Below are positions 1 through 14,358 of a stretch of 64,000 nt of DNA, one piece after another; positions within the stretch are counted from its first letter, which is position 1; every line of letters begins with the position of its first letter. Both the position numbers and the translations under genes were made by a program. The stretch lies in NCBI GenBank assembly GCA_965263455.1, contig CBDHHN010000002.1, forward strand, positions 262,938 through 326,937, in the 5' to 3' direction. The notes under the pieces were generated by a model. The model saw only the letters and a list, made by a program, of their open reading frames with translations. It had not been told where the DNA came from and did no database searches. This DNA comes from Acidimicrobiales bacterium. Lineage in GTDB: Bacteria > Actinomycetota > Acidimicrobiia > Acidimicrobiales > SZUA-35.

Positions 1-1702
1 ATTGGGGCCCTGCTCGAGCAGGCGGATGGCGTCGGCCAGGCGACCCCGGTCGGCCAGGGTGCCGGCCTGCACGATTCGACCCTCCTCGACCAACTCGGCC
101 GAGGGCGAGGCCTCGCCCAACTCCCGCCACAGCTCCTCGGCCTGCTGCCAGCGGCGCAGAGCCCGACAACAGTCGGCCCAGACCGGGTGCTGCTCCACCG
201 AGCCGGTGCGCTCGTGGAAGGCCTCGAACTGGCGGATGGCGCGGATCCAGTTACCCAACCGGTAGAAGGTCAGTCCCCGGAGTTCGATCACCTCGATGGT
301 TCCGGGCGCCAGCCGGTCGATCGATGCCAACAGCTGATCGGCCTCGGTGAATCGCTCGTTCTCGAAGGCGGTCGCCGCCTCGATCAGCCGCCGCTCCAGC
401 TTGCGGGCCGTCGACGGCGCAATATCGCCGAAGTCGACACCGCCGGCGTCGATGTCGCGGGGCTGCGGGCGATCCCGGCCCGATCTGCCGCCCTTGGGCG
501 GCGCCGCGCCCTCGTCCCGGATCCGCTCGATCCGGACCTGGTCGTCGGAGCGGCGTGGGCCATCCTCGGCTGGCACTCCGGGCCGACGATGGTGTCCGCC
601 ATCGACCGCCTGATCCGGTGGAGGCGGGATACGACGGCTGCCATCTCCGGTGGGGGCGCCCCGATCGGCCTCGGGGCGTCGCTGGTTCCGGCGGCCGCCT
701 CGATCCATCGGATTGCCAGGGGACCGGCTCGTCCCCCGCCCGCCGCGGTCGGACCTGTTCTGCCCCGGACCCCGACCCTCGCCCCGTCGGCCCTGACCGG
801 TTCGCTCGTCGCGGGGACTCCGTTCACCACCGCGCCGGTAGTCGCCCCGCTGGCCATCGTCGCGTCCTTGGCCGCGCCGGTAGTCGCCCCGCTGGATCGT
901 CGCGTCCCTGGCCGCGCCATCATTGCGTCCTTGGCCGCGCCGGTAGTCGCCCCGCTGGCCATCGTCGCGTCCCTGGCCGCGCCGGTAGTCGCCCCGCTGG
1001 CCATCGTCGCGTCCTTGGCCGCGCCGGTAGTCGCCCCGCTGGCCATCGTCGCGTCCTTGGCCGCGCCGGTAGTCGCCCCGCTGACCATCGTCGCGTCCTT
1101 GGCCGCGCCGGTAATCGCCCCGCTGGACCATCGTCGCGTCCCGATCGCCGACCGTCACCACGACCCGGGCCCGAGCGGCCATCCGATCGGCGACCGTCAC
1201 CAGGACGATCGCCACGGCCACCACCCCGCCGGAACTCACCACGACCTGGGCCGGAGCGCCCGTCAGGCCGCCCGTCGCTCCGCGGACCCGACCTCCGGTC
1301 CGAGCCTCGGCCGTCGCCCGGAGGTCGGCCACCCCGACCGCCCCTGCGATCATCATCGTCGGCCCGCCGGCCGCTGCGTCTCGACGGACCCGACCCGCCA
1401 CCTTCGCCGCTACGGCGACCAGGTCCCGGCCGCCTGCCACCTGAGCCGTCACCTCGCGGCCCGCCCGGCCGCCGGCCGCCACTCTGGCCCGACCGACCGC
1501 CTTCGGGCCGCCGACCGTCGGAGCGAGACCCGCCCCTGCCCTGCCCATCACTGGGCCTGCCCGATCTCGGACCGCCCCGGCCCTGCTGCCCCTGGCCCGC
1601 GCCTCGGCCACTCGAACCGGAACCCCGTGACCCGGGGCGCCGACGCCGTTCCTCGGCGCCGTCGCCGGAAGGGTCGGATGGAGTACCGGCGCCGTTGGAC
1701 AT
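1..1702 (-). CDS. Arg/Gly-rich repeat protein with a helical (TPR-like) C-terminal region. The 3' end runs off the left edge of the window and the reading frame breaks near 1127.
   Basis: ATG at 1702 opens an RG-rich frame (MSNGAGTPSDPSGDG...GRGDGRRSGRDDGP). By hand translation, the minus frame whose codons occupy 1-3, 4-6 and so on is stop-free from 1131 down to base 1. It reads (RGDYRRGQGRDDGQ)n, then more RG-rich sequence, then FGDIAPSTARKLERRLIEAATAFENERFTEADQLL...WADCCRALRRWQQAEELWRELGEAS...LADAIRLLEQGPN. It is absent from the ORF track because it has no stop inside the window. Confidence 0.5.
838..1140. repeat. Tandem array of about 7 copies of a 42-bp unit (gtagtcgccccgctggccatcgtcgcgtccttggccgcgccg), lying inside the RG-rich CDS.
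   Basis: Units start at 838, 880 (63-nt variant), 943, 985, 1027, 1069 and 1111 (degenerate). Units 838, 985 and 1027 are identical and the others differ by 1-2 nt. On the minus strand each unit encodes RRGQGRDDGQRGDY. Confidence 0.9.
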
Positions 1703-1770
1703 CGAGCCAGGCTATCGCCCGACCTATCCCCCGACGCTCGATCGACCCTCGCCCAGACCTCGAGCGCTAG

Positions 1771-1813
1771 CCCGAAAACGGAGAAAGGGACCTGCGTAAA
1801 CAGGTCCCTTTCT
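1771..1813 (-). terminator. Intrinsic terminator of the rRNA operon.
   Basis: A perfect 13-bp stem (agaaagggacctg / caggtccctttct, 1782-1794 and 1801-1813) with a 6-nt loop is followed on the minus strand by CCGUUUUCGGG. A second small hairpin, gcaactc-gtac-gagttgc (1818-1835), sits just after the 5S 3' end. Confidence 0.7.
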
Positions 1814-1839
1814 GATGCAACTCGTACGAGTTGCGGCGA

Positions 1840-1958
1840 AATCCGGCGGCGTCCTACTCTCCCAGGCCGTCTCCGGCCAAGTACCATCGGCGCTGGAGGA
1901 CTTAACTTCCGTGTTCGGGATGGAAACGGGTGTGACCCCTCCGCAATTGCCACCGAAA
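1840..1958 (-). rRNA. rrf: 5S ribosomal RNA.
   Basis: The reverse complement reads ...UUCGGUGGCAAUUGCGGAGGGGUCACACCCGUUUCCAUCCCGAACACGGAAGUUAAGUCCUCCAGCGCCGAUGGUACUUGGCCGGAGACGGCCUGGGAGAGUAGGACGCCGCCGGA.... It has the typical 5S loop-C CCGAAC and GAGAGUAGG signatures and is about 119 nt long. Confidence 0.9.
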
Positions 1959-2084
1959 TCTATGGCGTCCTGGCCGGGCCACGAGGGCCGGGCCATGGAC
2001 TGCGTTTGTCGAAACGAACCCCGAAGGCCGCAGCCTCCCGAGAACTTCATAGCGAGCACGAGCACAATGGGCATGCAACAGAAA

Positions 2085-5130
<3,046 letters not shown>

Positions 5131-5462
5131 TTGCATGTACATTTATTGCGGCACGTCTCCTCCTGGTGGGGGAAACGTGCCTCAGATGCTCGTGCTCGCT
5201 ATGTAATTCTCAAGAAGCGGTGCAGCCCAAGCGGGCCACAGAAAGAGCGAATCGCCCGAACCGACGAGCGGTTCGAGCGAGGCAGCTCCTTCAAAGCGGA
5301 AGCCGTGTGCCCTTCGGGCTCCTCGAGTACCTGACGGAACTCGAGGAACTCAAGAAGAGCACACGGACCGGCGTGAGCCGGCTGAGGTTTGCGTACAGCG
5401 TGTGTCAACTAGGTAGATCCGGCCTCGCAGTCGATCGTTTGCCGACGTTGAGTCCAGATGCT

Positions 5463-6984
<1,522 letters not shown>

Positions 6985-7199
6985 AGAATCGAGCCACCCG
7001 AGTCATCGTCCTCCCGAAGGCGAACGAGGATCCGAGCGACCGTAGATCCGGGTTGTTTGCCAAGTTCACCTGCTGTGGTGCCTCGGCGACCCCACCGACC
7101 GAAGGAAACACGGCCGTTGGAGTCAGGAATTGTGACGGGACATCATCGACAGGTTCCGGTTGCCCGGCGCCTGCAGCATCGATGATGCTCCGCACACGC

Positions 7200-7391
7200 T
7201 GCGTACATTCCTCATCTTCCGTTTTCAAGGAGCTACCACCGCACCGCCGTGACCGAAGTCGAAGCGGATCCACCAGATGTTCCGGTGGCTGCGGGGCTCG
7301 TGGCCTCAGAGCGGTTCCGGCGGGCTTGATGGCCCTGAGCCGTGCCGTTGAGGCGAAGAACTACGTTAACGGTGTGGCCTCGGAGCCGCAA
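7200..7391 (-). promoter_or_regulatory. Candidate rRNA operon promoters (two sigma-70-like hexamer pairs).
   Basis: On the minus strand there is TTGCGG-N17-TAACGT (-35 at 7386-7391, -10 at 7363-7368) and TTGAAA-N17-TACGCA (-35 at 7223-7228, -10 at 7200-7205), within the roughly 460-nt leader between tyrS and 16S. This is a pattern match only. Confidence 0.25.
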
Positions 7392-7445
7392 CCTGTCCAA
7401 CCAGGTTTCCGGAAGATTTCCGGTCCCTGAGGCCTATCGGCCGGT

Positions 7446-8744
7446 TCAGGCGGGATCTGACCCGAAATCGAGGAGGAAGACGGATCGCTTCCCCTTGCGG
7501 AGAAGACAGTAGCGGTCGTGGAGCAGCCGTGACCGGTCGAGGGCGTCGCCGGAGGCCACCTTCTCGCCGTTGATCGACAGCCCGTTCTGCTTCAGGAGCC
7601 GGTTGGCCTCGCTGCGGGAGGAGGTGACGCCGGCGTCGACCAGGACGCCGGCGAGGTTGTCCGACTCGTCGAGCCGGGACCGGGCCATCAGGGTGGTCGG
7701 GATCTCCCCGGCGAGCATGGCCAGCGTGGCCTCGGCCAGACCCGACACCGGGCCCCCGAACACCACCTCCGAGGCGGCCTCGGCCGCCTCGGTCGCCTCC
7801 GGTCCGTGGACCAGGCTGGTCAGCTCCTGGGCCAACCGTCGCTGACCGAGTCGTCGGTGAGGCTCGGCCTCGTGTCGATCGACCAGGTCATCGATGTCGT
7901 CGAGGCTGAGGAAGGTCAGCTGGGACAGCAACTTCCGGACCTCGTTGTCCTCGGCCTGGACCCACGACTGGTAGAAGCGGTACGGCGACAGATGGGAGGC
8001 CGTCAGCCAGACGGTCTCGCCCCCGGCCGTCTTGCCGTACTTCGTCCCGTCGGCCTTGAGAAGCAGCGGCCAGGTCAGGCCGTGGACCCGATTGCCCGTT
8101 CTCCGCCGGATCAGATCGATCCCGAGCGAGATGTTGCCCCACTGGTCGGAGCCACCGATCTGCAGATCGCAGCCTTCGTTCTCGTGGAGCCAGAGGTAGT
8201 CGTTCGCCTGGAGCAGCATGTAGGAGAACTCGGTGTACGAGATACCCTCGTCGCCGGCCAGACGAGCCCGGACCGACTCCTTGGCCGTCATCTGGCCGAT
8301 CGTCACGTGCTTGCCGACGTCTCGGAGGAAGTCGAGCAGGGGCAGGCCGACCGTCCAGGCCCGGTTGTCGAACAGCTTGGCCGGGTTGGGTGGCTCCTCG
8401 AAGTCGACGAACTGCCGGAGGATCGGCACGATGCCGGCCAGGTTGGCCGCCAGCTGATCGTCATCGAGCAGGTTGCGCTCCGCCGACTTGCCCGACGGAT
8501 CGCCGATCATTCCGGTGGCCCCCCCGGCCAGGGGCAGCGGGATGTGACCCGCCTGCTGGAACCGGCGCAGGGTGAGCAGACCGATGAGGTTGCCGACGTG
8601 CAGGCTGTCGCGGGTGGGGTCGACCCCGTAGTAGACCTTGATCGGCCCTTCGATCAGTCGGGCCCGCAACTCGTCGGCATCGGTGGAATCGTGCACGAGG
8701 CCGCGGGCGACGAGATCGTCGAACAGCTTCGGATCAGTGGCCAT
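7446..8744 (-). CDS. tyrS: Tyrosine--tRNA ligase.
   Basis: The 432-aa ORF has a class I HIGH-type motif (SLHVGNL), a KMSKS-type motif (KYGKT), a GGATGMIGDPSGKS block and a C-terminal S4-like domain. Confidence 0.95.
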   Translation of the reverse strand: MATDPKLFDDLVARGLVHDSTDADELRARLIEGPIKVYYGVDPTRDSLHVGNLIGLLTLRRFQQAGHIPLPLAGGATGMIGDPSGKSAERNLLDDDQLAANLAGIVPILRQFVDFEEPPNPAKLFDNRAWTVGLPLLDFLRDVGKHVTIGQMTAKESVRARLAGDEGISYTEFSYMLLQANDYLWLHENEGCDLQIGGSDQWGNISLGIDLIRRRTGNRVHGLTWPLLLKADGTKYGKTAGGETVWLTASHLSPYRFYQSWVQAEDNEVRKLLSQLTFLSLDDIDDLVDRHEAEPHRRLGQRRLAQELTSLVHGPEATEAAEAASEVVFGGPVSGLAEATLAMLAGEIPTTLMARSRLDESDNLAGVLVDAGVTSSRSEANRLLKQNGLSINGEKVASGDALDRSRLLHDRYCLLRKGKRSVFLLDFGSDPA

Positions 8745-8870
8745 GTCCTCACTCTAAGGCGCCGGACCAGGGCCGGAGGGCCAATTCGGCCAGGACGCCG
8801 CCAGGCCGGTCCGACCGAAATCCGAGGTCACGGTCGGGGCGCCGGAGCCCGCCCTTGGCACACTGATCGG

Positions 8871-9461
8871 GTGACCGCGACCGGCCCGACCGACACCGAC
8901 GAACCCGGCGACAACTCCGACCACCTCGAGCAGGGGAACGGGCGGCGTCGCCCCACCCTGCTGGGCAACCTCGGGCGGGGCGCCGCCATCCTGGTGGTGG
9001 CCGGGAGCTTCCTCGTGTGGATCTACGCCTTCTCCGGGGCGGCCCGCCGCGATCCTCCCGACCTGCTGGCCGATGAGAGCTTCGGGCTCCAGGCCGAGCG
9101 GGCCTGTGCCGGGGCCTGGTCCGACATCGACGCCATGCCGGGCGCGCTCGACGCCGTCGACGGCCCCGATCGCGGCCGTCAGATCGTGGCCTCGACCCAG
9201 CGGCTCGAACTGATGCTCGACGAACTCGACCTCCTGGTCGGGGGCGACGCCCGAGACGTGGAGATCGCCTCCGGCTGGCTGGCCGACTGGCGGGTGCTGA
9301 TCGAAGACCGCTACCGGTACGCCGAGGCCATAGCGGCCGATGATCAGGCGCAGTTCCTGGTGACCGATGTCGGGGTGGCCGAGCGCCTCGACCGCCGGAT
9401 CACCCGGGTGGCCAACACCAACCGCATGCCGGCGTGCGGGGCCCCGCAGGACGTGGGCTGA
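8871..9461 (+). CDS. Hypothetical single-pass membrane protein.
   Basis: The GTG at 8871 is in frame with the 3' part of ORF 7806..9461; the upstream part of that ORF is antisense to tyrS. One hydrophobic segment is present (GAAILVVAGSFLVWIYAF). Its TGA stop overlaps the ATG of the next gene (ATGA). Confidence 0.6.
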   Translation: MTATGPTDTDEPGDNSDHLEQGNGRRRPTLLGNLGRGAAILVVAGSFLVWIYAFSGAARRDPPDLLADESFGLQAERACAGAWSDIDAMPGALDAVDGPDRGRQIVASTQRLELMLDELDLLVGGDARDVEIASGWLADWRVLIEDRYRYAEAIAADDQAQFLVTDVGVAERLDRRITRVANTNRMPACGAPQDVG

Positions 9462-10165
9462 TGGCGCCCGGATCCCGGCGGATGTTCGTCACCGGTGTGG
9501 GCCGGGGACTGGGACGGACCCTGGCGGCCGAGCTGGCGACGCGCGGTCACGACGTGTGGGGATCGACCCGGACCGGGGACACGGACCTCGCCCTGGCCGG
9601 TTGCGTCGCGCTCGAACTGGGGACGGAGACCGGGGTGCGCGACGGGGCCCGAGCCCTCGCCGAGCGGATCGACCGGCTCGACGTCCTCGTCAACTGTGCC
9701 GGGGTCGATGCCCGGGCCTTCGGGGCCGCCGACGACGCCCGCGGACCCTACGACATCGAGGCCGGGGCGCTGAACGGCGTACTGGCCGTGAACCTGATGG
9801 CTCCGGTGCTGTTGACCACCGCCCTGCTACCCCTGTTGCAGCGGTCGGAGGCGGGCCTGGTGCTCAATGTCAGTTCCCAGCTGGGTTCCCTCGAGGTCGG
9901 AGCCGACATGGGCCAGGACACCGCCTACAACGTTTCGAAGGCAGCCCTGAACATGTGGACCCGCAAGGCGGCCGCGGCCCGGGACACGACCGGCGTCTCG
10001 GTCGTCGCCCTCCACCCGGGCTGGGTCCGCACCGACATGGGCGGGGCCCGGGCGGCCCTGACGGCCGAGGAGTCGGCCGCCGCCATCGCCACCGTGCTGG
10101 AAGGCCTGGACGGAGCCGACAACGGACGCTTCCTCCGCTGGGACGGAACCGACCATCCCTGGTAG
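9461..10165 (+). CDS. Short-chain dehydrogenase/reductase (SDR) family protein.
   Basis: It has an N-terminal Rossmann motif (VTGVGRGLG) and a catalytic YxxxK motif (YNVSKAALN). The start was chosen at the ATG overlapping the upstream stop. Confidence 0.8.
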   Translation: MAPGSRRMFVTGVGRGLGRTLAAELATRGHDVWGSTRTGDTDLALAGCVALELGTETGVRDGARALAERIDRLDVLVNCAGVDARAFGAADDARGPYDIEAGALNGVLAVNLMAPVLLTTALLPLLQRSEAGLVLNVSSQLGSLEVGADMGQDTAYNVSKAALNMWTRKAAAARDTTGVSVVALHPGWVRTDMGGARAALTAEESAAAIATVLEGLDGADNGRFLRWDGTDHPW

Positions 10166-10256
10166 GCGGCACGGGGCGCCGAGACCGAACCCGACGCGCC
10201 GCCCGCGCCCCCCTGTCGGCAGCGGCTCGCCGGCGCCGAAGGGACGGCCGGGGTCG

Positions 10257-10877
10257 CTAGCCGCGGTCGCCCGGATCAGCGAACCGATCGGCAGCCAGGG
10301 CGCAGGCCCGGCTCACGACCCGGTACAACTCGCCGCCTCCGGCCACCGCCGGATCCGTCGGGTGGAGCCAGCGGGCCCCCAGGGTCTCGTGATTGGGTGC
10401 GGGGTTGCGGTCACCGCCCACCAGCACGAGATGGCGCAGGTCGAGATGGAGATGCTCAGGCTCGCCCGGCCGGGCCGGGATGCGGTGGATGTCGACGTCG
10501 ATGGCGGGCAACACCACCGACAGGTCGTCCAGACCCGTCTCCTCGGTCGCCTCCCGCCAGGCCACCGCAGCCAGGTTGCCGTCGCCGTCGGCGTGCCCCC
10601 CGGGCTGGAGCCACCGGCCGAGCTTGGCGTGATGGATGAGGAGGGACCGGCCCGTCGCCGGATCCACCACCACCCCGGAGCCGGTGAGGTGGCCGGCCAG
10701 ACACGATCGGTGGAGGGCATCGGGGTGCTCGGCCACGAAGTCGAGGATGTCCTGGCGGACCCGTAGTTGCTCGGGTCCGTCGAGCGCGGCGGCCTCGATC
10801 TGGCCCACGGCCTTGTCGAGGTCGCCCTCGGCCGGGGTCAGGGCGGGCGATCCCAGGGACCAGGCGCGAAACACCAT
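10257..10877 (-). CDS. NUDIX hydrolase.
   Basis: A Nudix box is present: GGHADGDGNLAAVAWREATEETGL (GX5EX7REUXEEXGU pattern). Confidence 0.85.
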   Translation of the reverse strand: MVFRAWSLGSPALTPAEGDLDKAVGQIEAAALDGPEQLRVRQDILDFVAEHPDALHRSCLAGHLTGSGVVVDPATGRSLLIHHAKLGRWLQPGGHADGDGNLAAVAWREATEETGLDDLSVVLPAIDVDIHRIPARPGEPEHLHLDLRHLVLVGGDRNPAPNHETLGARWLHPTDPAVAGGGELYRVVSRACALAADRFADPGDRG

Positions 10878-10935
10878 CGCGGCAGGGTACGGACCTGCTG
10901 CGACAAGTACAACGACGTGGCCGTGCCGGGCCCGC

Positions 10936-11484
10936 TCAGGCCCGGGGCGGGCGGGGGCGGCTCACGTGGGGATGGTCGGCCACGGCGAAACGCCAGGGCC
11001 GGTCGACCGCCTTGGAGATACCGATGCGGGGTCCGGAGGCGACGGCCGTCGGCTCCCGGTCGGGTCCCGGCTCCAGGGCCACCGGGGCCCCGGGCGCCAG
11101 CAGGTCGACCCCACCGTGATCGCCCGTGATCCCCAGGGCGGCACAGAGCTTGCCCGGTCCGGAGGCCAGGTCGGTCGCTCGTCGGGCCCGGGGGCGATCG
11201 GCCCACATGGCCTCGATACCGGCCAGGGGCTCGACCGCCCGGAGCAGCAGCGCAGAACCGGTTCCCTCGGGACCACAGACCACGTTGGCACACCAGTGGA
11301 TGCCGTAGCTGCGGTAGACGTAGAGGCGACCGGGCGGCCCGAACATGACGGCGCTCCGCGGTGTCGGGCCCCGGTGGGCGTGACTGGCCGGATCGTCGGG
11401 CCCCTCGTAGGCCTCGACCTCGACGATGACGCCGGCCCGGTCACCGCATCGGATCACCTGGCCCAGCAGTCGGGGGGCGATCAC
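10936..11484 (-). CDS. mpg: DNA-3-methyladenine glycosylase (Mpg/AAG family).
   Basis: Family-typical blocks are present: VIVEVEAYEGPDDPASHAHRGPTPRSAVMFGPPGRLYVYRSYGIHWCANVV and GPGKLCAALGI. Confidence 0.85.
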   Translation of the reverse strand: MIAPRLLGQVIRCGDRAGVIVEVEAYEGPDDPASHAHRGPTPRSAVMFGPPGRLYVYRSYGIHWCANVVCGPEGTGSALLLRAVEPLAGIEAMWADRPRARRATDLASGPGKLCAALGITGDHGGVDLLAPGAPVALEPGPDREPTAVASGPRIGISKAVDRPWRFAVADHPHVSRPRPPRA

Positions 11485-11603
11485 CGAGGCCCGACCGGCG
11501 AGCCACTCGAACGGCCGGTCCCGGACACCTGAGCGGTCGTCCTGGTGGCCCGGGGGCGGTGGGGGTCGTCCCGGGCCGCCGTCGGATCGGTTGGGCCGGC
11601 GAC

Positions 11604-13028
11604 TCAGTCGGCGCCTCCGCGGAGCGGCCCGACCCGGACCCGGTCGGCCTCGATGCGCCGGGCCAGCCGATCGAGCTGGATCGCCACCGGCTCAGGACCG
11701 CCGGCTCCGGGGCTGCGCCGTCGGGCCACGCCGGCCCCGGGTTCGAACAGGGCCCGAACCGACGGGCCCAGGGCCTCGTGGGCCGCGGCCACCTCGACCA
11801 GGGGACGGTCCTCGGCCAACGCGGCGCGCACCAGCTCACCGACCACGGCGTGGGCCTGGCGGAACGGCATCCCGTCGACGACCAGCAGTTCGGCCAGGTC
11901 GGTGGCCAACGGGCCGTCGGCGTCACCGGCGGTGGCCATGGTCTCGGCGTGGAACGTGGCCGTGGCCAGGAGGCCGCCGAGGGCGACCAGGGCCAGCTGG
12001 ATCTGGTCGACGGCGTCGAACAGGGGCTCCTTGTCCTCCTGGAGATCGCGGTTGTAGGCCAACGGCAGGTTCTTCAGCGTGGCCAGGAAGCCGGTCAGGT
12101 TCCCGATGAGCCGGCCCGACTTGCCCCGGGCCAGCTCGGCGATATCGGGGTTCTTCTTCTGGGGCATCATCGACGAACCGGTGGCATAGGCGTCGTCGAG
12201 GCCGAGATAGCCGAACTCCTCGCTCGACCACAGGACGACCTCCTCCCCGATGCGGCTCAGGTGGACGCCGACCATGGTGAGGGCGAAGAGGCTCTCGGCC
12301 ACGAAGTCCCGGTCCGAGGTCACGTCGAGGGAGTTCTCGAACACGTGGGCGAAGCCGAGATCGGCGGCCGTCGTCGCCGGGTCCAGAGGGAGCGAAGTGC
12401 CGGCCAGCGCCCCCGCCCCCAGGGGCGACACGTCGAGCCGATCGCGGGCGTCGCACAGCCGGTCGACGTCGCGGGCCAGGGCCCAGGCATGGGCGGCGAG
12501 GTGGTGGGCCAACAGCACCGGCTGGGCCCGCTGGAGATGGGTGTAGCCGGGCAGGTAGGCCCCGCCGGCCTCCCGGGCTCGGGTCAGGAGCACGTCCTGG
12601 AAGACCAGGACGTCGCCCGCCACCGAGGTCAGTGCCTCTTTGGTCCACAACCGGAAGGCGGTGGCCACCTGGTCGTTGCGGCTCCGGCCGGTGTGGAGCT
12701 TGCCCCCGGCGTCCGGTGACAGCTCGGTGACCCGCCGCTCGATGGCGGTGTGGATGTCCTCGTCATCGGGGGCGAAGACGAACCCGTCGCTCGACAGTTC
12801 CATGGCCACGGTGTCGAGGGCGGCCAGGATGGCCGTCCGCTCCTCGTCGGTGAGGAGACCGACTCGATGGAGGCCCCGGACGTGGGCCCGGGAGCCCTGG
12901 ACGTCGTGCTGGGCCAACCGACGGTCGAAGGACAGGCTCTCGGTGTAGGCCATGAGCGCCTCTGACGGCCCCCGCTCGAACCGTCCATGCCACAGCGCTC
13001 CCGAGGAGGTGCCGTCCTGGCCCGTCAT
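11604..13028 (-). CDS. argH: Argininosuccinate lyase.
   Basis: The sequence has LWHGRF...SLSFDRRL...[10 protein letters not shown] and the [12 protein letters not shown] signature. The ATG at 13028 overlaps the argG stop (ATGA); the upstream ORF extension is Arg-rich non-coding-like sequence. Confidence 0.95.
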   Translation of the reverse strand: MTGQDGTSSGALWHGRFERGPSEALMAYTESLSFDRRLAQHDVQGSRAHVRGLHRVGLLTDEERTAILAALDTVAMELSSDGFVFAPDDEDIHTAIERRVTELSPDAGGKLHTGRSRNDQVATAFRLWTKEALTSVAGDVLVFQDVLLTRAREAGGAYLPGYTHLQRAQPVLLAHHLAAHAWALARDVDRLCDARDRLDVSPLGAGALAGTSLPLDPATTAADLGFAHVFENSLDVTSDRDFVAESLFALTMVGVHLSRIGEEVVLWSSEEFGYLGLDDAYATGSSMMPQKKNPDIAELARGKSGRLIGNLTGFLATLKNLPLAYNRDLQEDKEPLFDAVDQIQLALVALGGLLATATFHAETMATAGDADGPLATDLAELLVVDGMPFRQAHAVVGELVRAALAEDRPLVEVAAAHEALGPSVRALFEPGAGVARRRSPGAGGPEPVAIQLDRLARRIEADRVRVGPLRGGAD

Positions 13029-14290
13029 GGCCGACCGCCCGACCCGCTCGGGTCGGTGCCGCCGCCGGTCACGGGACCGAACCCGCGTTTGGCCGTGAGG
13101 GTGCGGAGCCGGAGGGCATTGAGCTTGATGAAGCCGTCGGCGTCGGCCTGGTTGTAGGCGCCGCCGTCGTCCTCGAAGGTGGCGATGTTCTCGTCGAACA
13201 GCGAATCCGGCGACTTGCGGCCGACCACGTCGACGTTGCCCTTGTACAGCTTCACCCTGACGGTGCCGTTGACGACGTCCTGGGTGGCGTCGATGGTCTG
13301 CTGGAGCAGCGCCCGCTCGGGGCTCCACCAGTAGCCGTTGTAGATGAGCTCGGCGTAGCGGGGCATCAGCTCGTCCTTCAGGTGGGCGACCTCGCGGTCG
13401 AGCGTGATGGACTCGATGGCCCGATGGGCCCGGAGCATGATGGTGCCCCCGGGGGTCTCATAGGCTCCCCGGCTCTTGATCCCGACGTAGCGGTTCTCGA
13501 CGATGTCGAGGCGTCCGATCCCGTTGGCCCCGCCGATCTGGTTGAGTCGGGTCAGGACCTCGGCCGCGGTCAACTCCTGACCGTCGATGGCCACGATGTC
13601 ACCGTTGCGGTAGTCGAGATCGAGATAGGTGGCCTCATTGGGGGCCTCCTCGGGGCTGACCGACCACCGCCACATCTCGACCGGAGGCTCGGTCCAGGGG
13701 TCCTCCAGGGGCCCGCCCTCGTAGGAGATGTGCAACAGGTTGGCGTCCATGGAGAACGGCGACTTCTTGCCCCGGGCCATCTCGATGGGGATGTTCCGGT
13801 CGGCGGCATAGGCCATGAGCTTCTCCCGCGACAGCAGGTCCCACTCCCGCCACGGGGCGATGACCTTGATGTCGGGGGCGAGGGCGTAGGCCCCGAGCTC
13901 GAAGCGGACCTGGTCGTTGCCCTTCCCGGTCGCCCCGTGGCTGACGGCGTCGGCCCCGGTCTCGGCCGCGATCTCGACCAGCCGCTTGGCGATCAGGGGT
14001 CGGGCGATGGAGGTCCCGAGGAGATACTCACCCTCGTAGATGGCGTTGGCCCGGAACATGGGGAAGACGAAGTCCCGCACGAACTCCTCACGCAGATCGT
14101 CGATGAAGATCGACGACTCCGGGACCCCCATCTGGAGGGCCTTGGTCCGGGCCGGCTCCAGCTCCTCGCCCTGACCCAGGTCGGCGGTGAACGTCACGAC
14201 CTCACAGCCGTAGGTGTCCTTCAGCCACTGGAGGATGACGGAGGTGTCGAGGCCGCCGGAATAGGCCAGCACCACTTTCTTGATGTCCAT
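13025..14290 (-). CDS. argG: Argininosuccinate synthase.
   Basis: From the ATG at 14290 the protein reads [18 protein letters not shown] (PP-loop). Conserved [13 protein letters not shown] and [13 protein letters not shown] blocks are present. Confidence 0.95.
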   Translation of the reverse strand: MDIKKVVLAYSGGLDTSVILQWLKDTYGCEVVTFTADLGQGEELEPARTKALQMGVPESSIFIDDLREEFVRDFVFPMFRANAIYEGEYLLGTSIARPLIAKRLVEIAAETGADAVSHGATGKGNDQVRFELGAYALAPDIKVIAPWREWDLLSREKLMAYAADRNIPIEMARGKKSPFSMDANLLHISYEGGPLEDPWTEPPVEMWRWSVSPEEAPNEATYLDLDYRNGDIVAIDGQELTAAEVLTRLNQIGGANGIGRLDIVENRYVGIKSRGAYETPGGTIMLRAHRAIESITLDREVAHLKDELMPRYAELIYNGYWWSPERALLQQTIDATQDVVNGTVRVKLYKGNVDVVGRKSPDSLFDENIATFEDDGGAYNQADADGFIKLNALRLRTLTAKRGFGPVTGGGTDPSGSGGRP

Positions 14291-14358
14291 GGGGTCCGCT
14301 CCCGGGAGTCGATGGGGCAAGGGATGAGAAGGGGGGGATGGATGCCGTGACGTCGACG

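Noticed and set aside
838-1140. The possibility that the 42-bp repeats form a CRISPR array.
   Set aside because: The units are directly contiguous with no spacers, they lie in an open reading frame with a coherent 14-aa period, and no cas genes are nearby.
187-1770. A 527-aa plus-strand ORF, and other overlapping ORFs (347..613, 384..1088, 555..1799), across the repeat region.
   Set aside because: They are antisense or alternate-frame readings of the RG-rich minus-strand gene. Their A/P/V/L-rich periodic translations are mirror images of the 42-bp repeat, and there is no independent coding signal.
7424-8870. T-box or riboswitch leaders for tyrS (8745-8870), pheS (29171-29208), metK (overlaps coaBC) and ribD (36876-36896).
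   Set aside because: The available upstream gaps are 0-126 nt, too short for T-box, SAM or FMN elements, and no conserved cores (for example the T-box AGGGUGGNACCGCG) were seen.
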